Positions 59,684 to 64,000 of a stretch of 64,000 bases of DNA are shown here, piece after piece. A model generated the notes under the pieces. It made no database searches. It worked only from the letters and a program-made list of their open reading frames with translations, and was not told the DNA's origin. The position numbers and the translations under genes are program-made. How positions within the stretch are numbered: position 1 is the stretch's first letter; each line of letters begins with the position of its first letter. The DNA lies in assembly GCA_963837955.1 (NCBI GenBank), contig CAWIPH010000002.1, positions 2,944,001 to 3,008,000 on the forward strand. Direction: 5' to 3'. Source of the stretch: an uncultured Verrucomicrobiae bacterium. Its GTDB lineage: Bacteria > Verrucomicrobiota > Verrucomicrobiia > Chthoniobacterales > JAFAMB01.

Positions 59684-60986
59684 AAAATACTCCAAGAGAT
59701 ATTTCGTTTTGGGAGTAGCTGCCTCCCCCGCCGGTCGTTGAGCCGGCGCCTTCTCGCCCAACGTACCTGTAGGATAAAGTGGCGTAGACACGTTTATATA
59801 TCGGAACGTCAGCGCTGATCTGCCCGCCATATTGGGTGAAATTGCCGGGAGTCATACCAGAGACCACATGGCCCACATTCAGAAACAAGGTCCCCGCAAC
59901 TCTAGCGCTGCGACTGAGCCTGTATTCAACGCCACCGATTACGCTAGTGACTTCGTCCAGTTCCAATCCGCTAGAGTATTGCAAATCGTGGGAGACACTG
60001 GCGATTAACTGCACGTCACGGTTTATTTGATGTCTTAGGAGAGCGGCCAGGTAATAACCCGGTGAAGGCAGGTTCCCGCTTTCGGGGAGGGTCAGCCCGG
60101 CAGAGAGATCCAATTCGATGAGCCGGGTTAGGTGACCCCGGAGGAACGGACCGAAGCTGATGGTATTCACATCCGACAAAATAGCTCCCCAACTGTGATT
60201 CAGAAAAACGTCCGCGCCGTATTGAATGCTTGGGTTCCAAAAAAAGGTCGCAGCCCCGGAAAGGCGGAACGTATTCCGGGTCTGACTTACTCCCGTGTTA
60301 GACGACGATCCCGTGTTAGACGACGATCCCGCGTTAGACGACGAAAGAGCTTCGCTATAAGTATAGTCAGCGCCACCGGAAAGTTCGGCCGAAAATACTG
60401 GAACGCTGCAAATAACGCCGACCGTATTGGTAAGCCGGTTTAAGTTGGTCTGATTCGTTACCGTCGGATCAGACGCCGAGTCCTGGGCGATCGAAAATTG
60501 TTCGAATGCCTGGACTTTAACGTCGCCAATCAGCGCTTGGAGACGAAGCTCGGTACCCGGCGAGATTTCGACTTCTACATTGGTGCGGCCATTAGAATAG
60601 AAGTCCTCGTCGAGTTTTATCCCACCTTGTAAATCGACCCGGTTCAACGGAGTGATCAGCCACGCCAGCGATAAGCCTAGTGATTCAAAAATCTGGTTTC
60701 GGGTCAGTTTGGTCGCTGTCGGAAGACTGCCGGAAATGTTAGCATCATCGTTGTAGTCGTATCCGACGCCCAACGTGGCCAGTCCATGAAAAGGGCCAAA
60801 ATTTATCAGGTTGGTTTCGCTGGGCGGTCGAAACGTCCGCAATCCGGAAAGTTCAACCGTCCGAATCGATTCCTGGGCTGACACTACCAAAGTTGTCGTC
60901 ATGACCAGTGTGAGAGCGAAAACGATTCGTTGTGTGGCCAGATAACGCCCATGGGAAAATAGAATGGCTTGCAGACGAGTAGGCAT
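59673..60986 (-). CDS. Outer-membrane beta-barrel associated with polysaccharide export
   Basis: Signal peptide, YDYNDDAN, many amphipathic strands, terminal YAF; located between the priming GT and the OPX gene. Confidence 0.75.
   Translation of the reverse strand: MPTRLQAILFSHGRYLATQRIVFALTLVMTTTLVVSAQESIRTVELSGLRTFRPPSETNLINFGPFHGLATLGVGYDYNDDANISGSLPTATKLTRNQIFESLGLSLAWLITPLNRVDLQGGIKLDEDFYSNGRTNVEVEISPGTELRLQALIGDVKVQAFEQFSIAQDSASDPTVTNQTNLNRLTNTVGVICSVPVFSAELSGGADYTYSEALSSSNAGSSSNTGSSSNTGVSQTRNTFRLSGAATFFWNPSIQYGADVFLNHSWGAILSDVNTISFGPFLRGHLTRLIELDLSAGLTLPESGNLPSPGYYLAALLRHQINRDVQLIASVSHDLQYSSGLELDEVTSVIGGVEYRLSRSARVAGTLFLNVGHVVSGMTPGNFTQYGGQISADVPIYKRVYATLSYRYVGREGAGSTTGGGGSYSQNEISLGVFYAF
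60291..60344. repeat. 18-bp tandem repeat x3 (SSSNAG/SSSNTG) in the barrel gene
   Basis: TCCCGTGTTAGACGACGA TCCCGTGTTAGACGACGA TCCCGCGTTAGACGACGA. Confidence 0.85.
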
Positions 60987-61072
60987 GGAACGGCATCTAA
61001 ACTGTATTCGATCTTATACAGACAGCTCCGCGACTCCTTCGTCCGAACCAACGCTCCAGGTTGACACTTCAC

Positions 61073-62563
61073 TTACTGTCCTTTGCCCGAAGCCATGATC
61101 TGCAGAGTCTTCAAAGCAATCGCAAGATCTAGAGTTACCGAATAGTGCCGTATATAGTAAAGGTCGAATTTCAGCTTTTCCAAGGCGTCACTCTCACTCG
61201 CGCCATAGGAATAGTTGACTTGCGCCCAACCGGTAATGCCCGGTCTGACTAGGTGGCGATAATGATAGAAAGGAATTTGCGATTCGTAGCTCGCGACACA
61301 TTTTACCCACTCCGCTCGAGGTCCGATCACGCTCATGTCACCCCGTAGAACATTGATCAACTGTGGCAACTCATCCACCCTGGTCATGCGCAGTAATCGA
61401 CCAACCCGAGTAATTCTGGCATCCCGACGCGCAGTATAAAGTTCCCCGGAGTCTGATCCGACTCGCATCGTCCGAAATTTCAACAACGTAAAAACTCGCC
61501 CGTCGCGCCCAAACCGGTCCTGTTTAAAAATAGCCGGTCCGGAGCTATCGAGGCGAATCAGAATCGACACGAATAACATCAACGGAGCGAGCAATACGAA
61601 GGCGATGCCCGAAAAGACCAGATCAAGAGCGCGCTTCACCTGGTCATAAATTGAGTCTCGGGCCAGTAACGACTCTTGGGCGAATGCCCACCAACCCCCG
61701 ATATGTTCGACTGGGACTTGACGCCATTGTTTCTCGTAAAAGGACTCGAAGGTATAAACGGGAATTCGGCGGAAATGCACGTAGCTCAGGAGTTGTGCGA
61801 TTTTGGGATCGAGTTGCCAGGGCGGGAGACCAACAATCAGGCCGTCAGTATGCAAATCTAATTCTTCCAGCGCTTGATTTAAGTCGCCGGCAAACTCCAA
61901 GCCTGATTCCGTCGAAACGCCACGGCCCACATCGGCAGGATCTAGCGCATAAACTCGCAATTCTTGAGGAGTGTCGCTTTCAGCGTAACGCTTCGCAAAA
62001 AATGACGCCGTCGCAGCATCCGCGACTAGTACGTACTTCCGGCCAGAATTGTGGATACGAAGAGATTTGGATACCCAGCGACGAACCAGCAAACTGTACC
62101 CAGCATAGACAGCGAAGGCGCAGGCAAAAACGAGCCGGCTCGGTTTGACTAGATCGAATGCAAATATTCCGTACAGCAAGAAGGCGGATAGAACGAAAGC
62201 GGCAGCCAATGCTAATGTGTGATCCACCGCGTAGTTAACACTCAGCATCCTAATCCGACGATCGTAAGCACCAACGGTGTGAAGCACCACGATGGTCGCA
62301 CAGGCAGGGATGACCAGCGTGTGCCATTGCAGTTCGCCTGGTGAATGAAAGAATGTCAGACGAACCTGCGACAGCAGAAAATATACAATTGGCCAGAATA
62401 GAAGATCGTTCAGGAACAGCGTCGCAGCTGGAACCCAACTGACGTCCCATCGAAGCGAAAACTTCTGCGCAGCTTGGAGCTGCGGCAAACCGCGAAGCAA
62501 TAAAGGATGAACATCCGTGCGCAAACCGATTTCCGACAACTTAAATCCCTGCATACGCAACAC
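61073..62563 (-). CDS. Priming polyprenyl-phosphate glycosyl-phosphotransferase (WcaJ/WbaP-like)
   Basis: KRALDL, KFRTM, RITRVGR, DELPQLINVLRGDMS, PGITGWAQV, DLYYI; start codon uncertain. Confidence 0.92.
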   Translation of the reverse strand: MLRMQGFKLSEIGLRTDVHPLLLRGLPQLQAAQKFSLRWDVSWVPAATLFLNDLLFWPIVYFLLSQVRLTFFHSPGELQWHTLVIPACATIVVLHTVGAYDRRIRMLSVNYAVDHTLALAAAFVLSAFLLYGIFAFDLVKPSRLVFACAFAVYAGYSLLVRRWVSKSLRIHNSGRKYVLVADAATASFFAKRYAESDTPQELRVYALDPADVGRGVSTESGLEFAGDLNQALEELDLHTDGLIVGLPPWQLDPKIAQLLSYVHFRRIPVYTFESFYEKQWRQVPVEHIGGWWAFAQESLLARDSIYDQVKRALDLVFSGIAFVLLAPLMLFVSILIRLDSSGPAIFKQDRFGRDGRVFTLLKFRTMRVGSDSGELYTARRDARITRVGRLLRMTRVDELPQLINVLRGDMSVIGPRAEWVKCVASYESQIPFYHYRHLVRPGITGWAQVNYSYGASESDALEKLKFDLYYIRHYSVTLDLAIALKTLQIMASGKGQ

Positions 62564-62777
62564 GAAGAACCATTATTTGAGGAGTCGGATCTTATCGTGT
62601 GCACTTAAGCGAATGCGACGTAATACCGGCGATCGGTGTCTGACTAGCGAGATAGTCAAGAAAAGCTATAATGAGCTCTCCTAGCCATAAATTAAACGCG
62701 TCTACCCGGAACCGAATGATCCCGGACAGAAAAAGCTAACGAGCTCTCGACCTCGACTAAACCGCGGGGAGTCGGGC

Positions 62778-62806
62778 CGTATATCCTGATTCTAAGTTAT
62801 TTACAA
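62778..62806 (-). promoter_or_regulatory. Candidate sigma70 promoter TTGTAA-N17-TATACG for the priming-GT/export operon
   Basis: Near-consensus hexamers with a 17-bp spacer in an AT-rich intergenic region. Confidence 0.4.
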
Positions 62807-62978
62807 GTCTTTTTTGCGATGCAGTTATGAGAATTTTAGATCCAAGGCGCGAGTTTGAGACCTTTCTTGGACAATTATTCTCTGAATTGCGCAATTCTTC
62901 CGAGTATCGCCTATTCCGACTACGCGATTTAACTTTCCAGCGTCGCCGCCTTGCCCTTCGGAGTTAGGCAGGAATTTC

Positions 62979-63998
62979 CTAGGTGGAATGCACCAAGGAA
63001 AGATAATGGTCTCTGTACTTTGGCGCGATGGCCTCTAAACCGAATTCATCTCGGGCCCGCCGGGCGAGGCTTTCGCGTCTGACCTGAGGCCATTTCCCAG
63101 CAGTCAAAATGACATTGAGATTTTGCCGTAGCGACTGGGCCGTTGGTTCAGCAATCGGCAAGCCGCCGCTATGGAGAAACTCCGACCAAGGTGTATTGAC
63201 GGTCGTAAGTACCGGAGTTCCCACTTGGCAGGCCTCGAGAACCACAAAGCCAAAGTTCTCCGAGAAAGAGGGAAGACAAAGAAGATCGGCGGCTTGAAGA
63301 TAGCGCCACTTTCGGGAATCCCAAATCGGGCCGGCAAATTCAATGGGGGGTAGATGCTCCGTATGCGCTGCGATGAATGCGCGAAGATGATCGACATAAC
63401 GAGAGGGGCCATCGCCGACGACGATAAGTCTCAGCGGATGTTGGGAAGGCGCTTGATCGAGAAGCGCTTCCAGAAAGATATGCAGTCCTTTCTTCGGATG
63501 AAGCCGAGAAAGAAAAAGAATTACAAACTCGCGATCCGAGATGTTCAATTCTCTGCGGGGACTCTCGTAGTCTGGCCCAGCCGAAGACGTAATCGGAAGC
63601 GGGATATCGACGACTCGGGTGTTAACAAATTTTCTAAGGTTGTCGCCCTCTAGTGTGCTGGTAGCCAATAAACTATCAGCCGAACTCAGGAACCTGCGTT
63701 CGAAGAGATGGTAATAGGGCCACTTTTTCCACCACTTGTGCTGCCAGGCCCAGGGCTCCAGCATGCCATGCGGAGAAATTACGTACGGTTTGCCGGCTCG
63801 GCGGCAGATTGATGCGAGCTTCTTGAAACGCGGCTGCCAAAGGCCATGAAAATGGGCCAAATCAAATTCAATCGCGGGAGAGGGCTCTACTACGACCTGG
63901 CAAGATTCCGAGTCAATGGCTTGCTGCAAGGAACTGATTGCGAGATCCAGACCACCAATTCTCTGCGCGGCTGGTGGTATGAAAAACGCTACTCTCAC
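62979..63998 (-). CDS. Glycosyltransferase family 4
   Basis: HFHGLW, ISPHGMLEPW, FLSRLHPKKG, SENFGFVVLEA. Confidence 0.92.
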   Translation of the reverse strand: MRVAFFIPPAAQRIGGLDLAISSLQQAIDSESCQVVVEPSPAIEFDLAHFHGLWQPRFKKLASICRRAGKPYVISPHGMLEPWAWQHKWWKKWPYYHLFERRFLSSADSLLATSTLEGDNLRKFVNTRVVDIPLPITSSAGPDYESPRRELNISDREFVILFLSRLHPKKGLHIFLEALLDQAPSQHPLRLIVVGDGPSRYVDHLRAFIAAHTEHLPPIEFAGPIWDSRKWRYLQAADLLCLPSFSENFGFVVLEACQVGTPVLTTVNTPWSEFLHSGGLPIAEPTAQSLRQNLNVILTAGKWPQVRRESLARRARDEFGLEAIAPKYRDHYLSLVHST

Positions 63999-64000
63999 TT

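Overview
Gene-dense bacterial window of about 55% GC. The gene families (FPTTHWS-type ECF sigma, DUF6268-like and small porin-type beta-barrels, REP-like repeats) suggest a soil Verrucomicrobium, probably Spartobacteria/Chthoniobacterales; this is inference only. There are four blocks. (1) 1-7.3 kb: a Ser/Thr-signalling locus (vWA protein, secreted Ppx/GppA-fold protein, kinase-FGE fusion, ECF sigma, PP2C) with a thrice-repeated bipartite promoter-like motif. (2) 7.4-14.3 kb: an exported TPR-CHAT (caspase-like) protease divergent from an atypical sigma factor and a double-ZAS membrane anti-sigma. (3) 14.3-31 kb: mixed housekeeping and accessory genes (MFS, M61 peptidase, cbpAM, duplicated beta-barrels, aldo/keto reductases), pseudogenes and MITE/REP elements. 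(4) 31-64 kb: a hybrid NRPS/AT-less PKS cluster interleaved with acyltransferases, glycosyltransferases and a GH79-like hydrolase, abutting a Wzc/OPX/beta-barrel/priming-GT exopolysaccharide locus. Its core is a Pro-type A-T loader, a KS-ACP-aminotransferase-LLM-C-A-T-sulfotransferase-Cys-TE megasynthase and two further NRPSs. No rRNA, tRNA, CRISPR array or transposase was recognised. All domain calls are by-eye motif recognition, not database searches.
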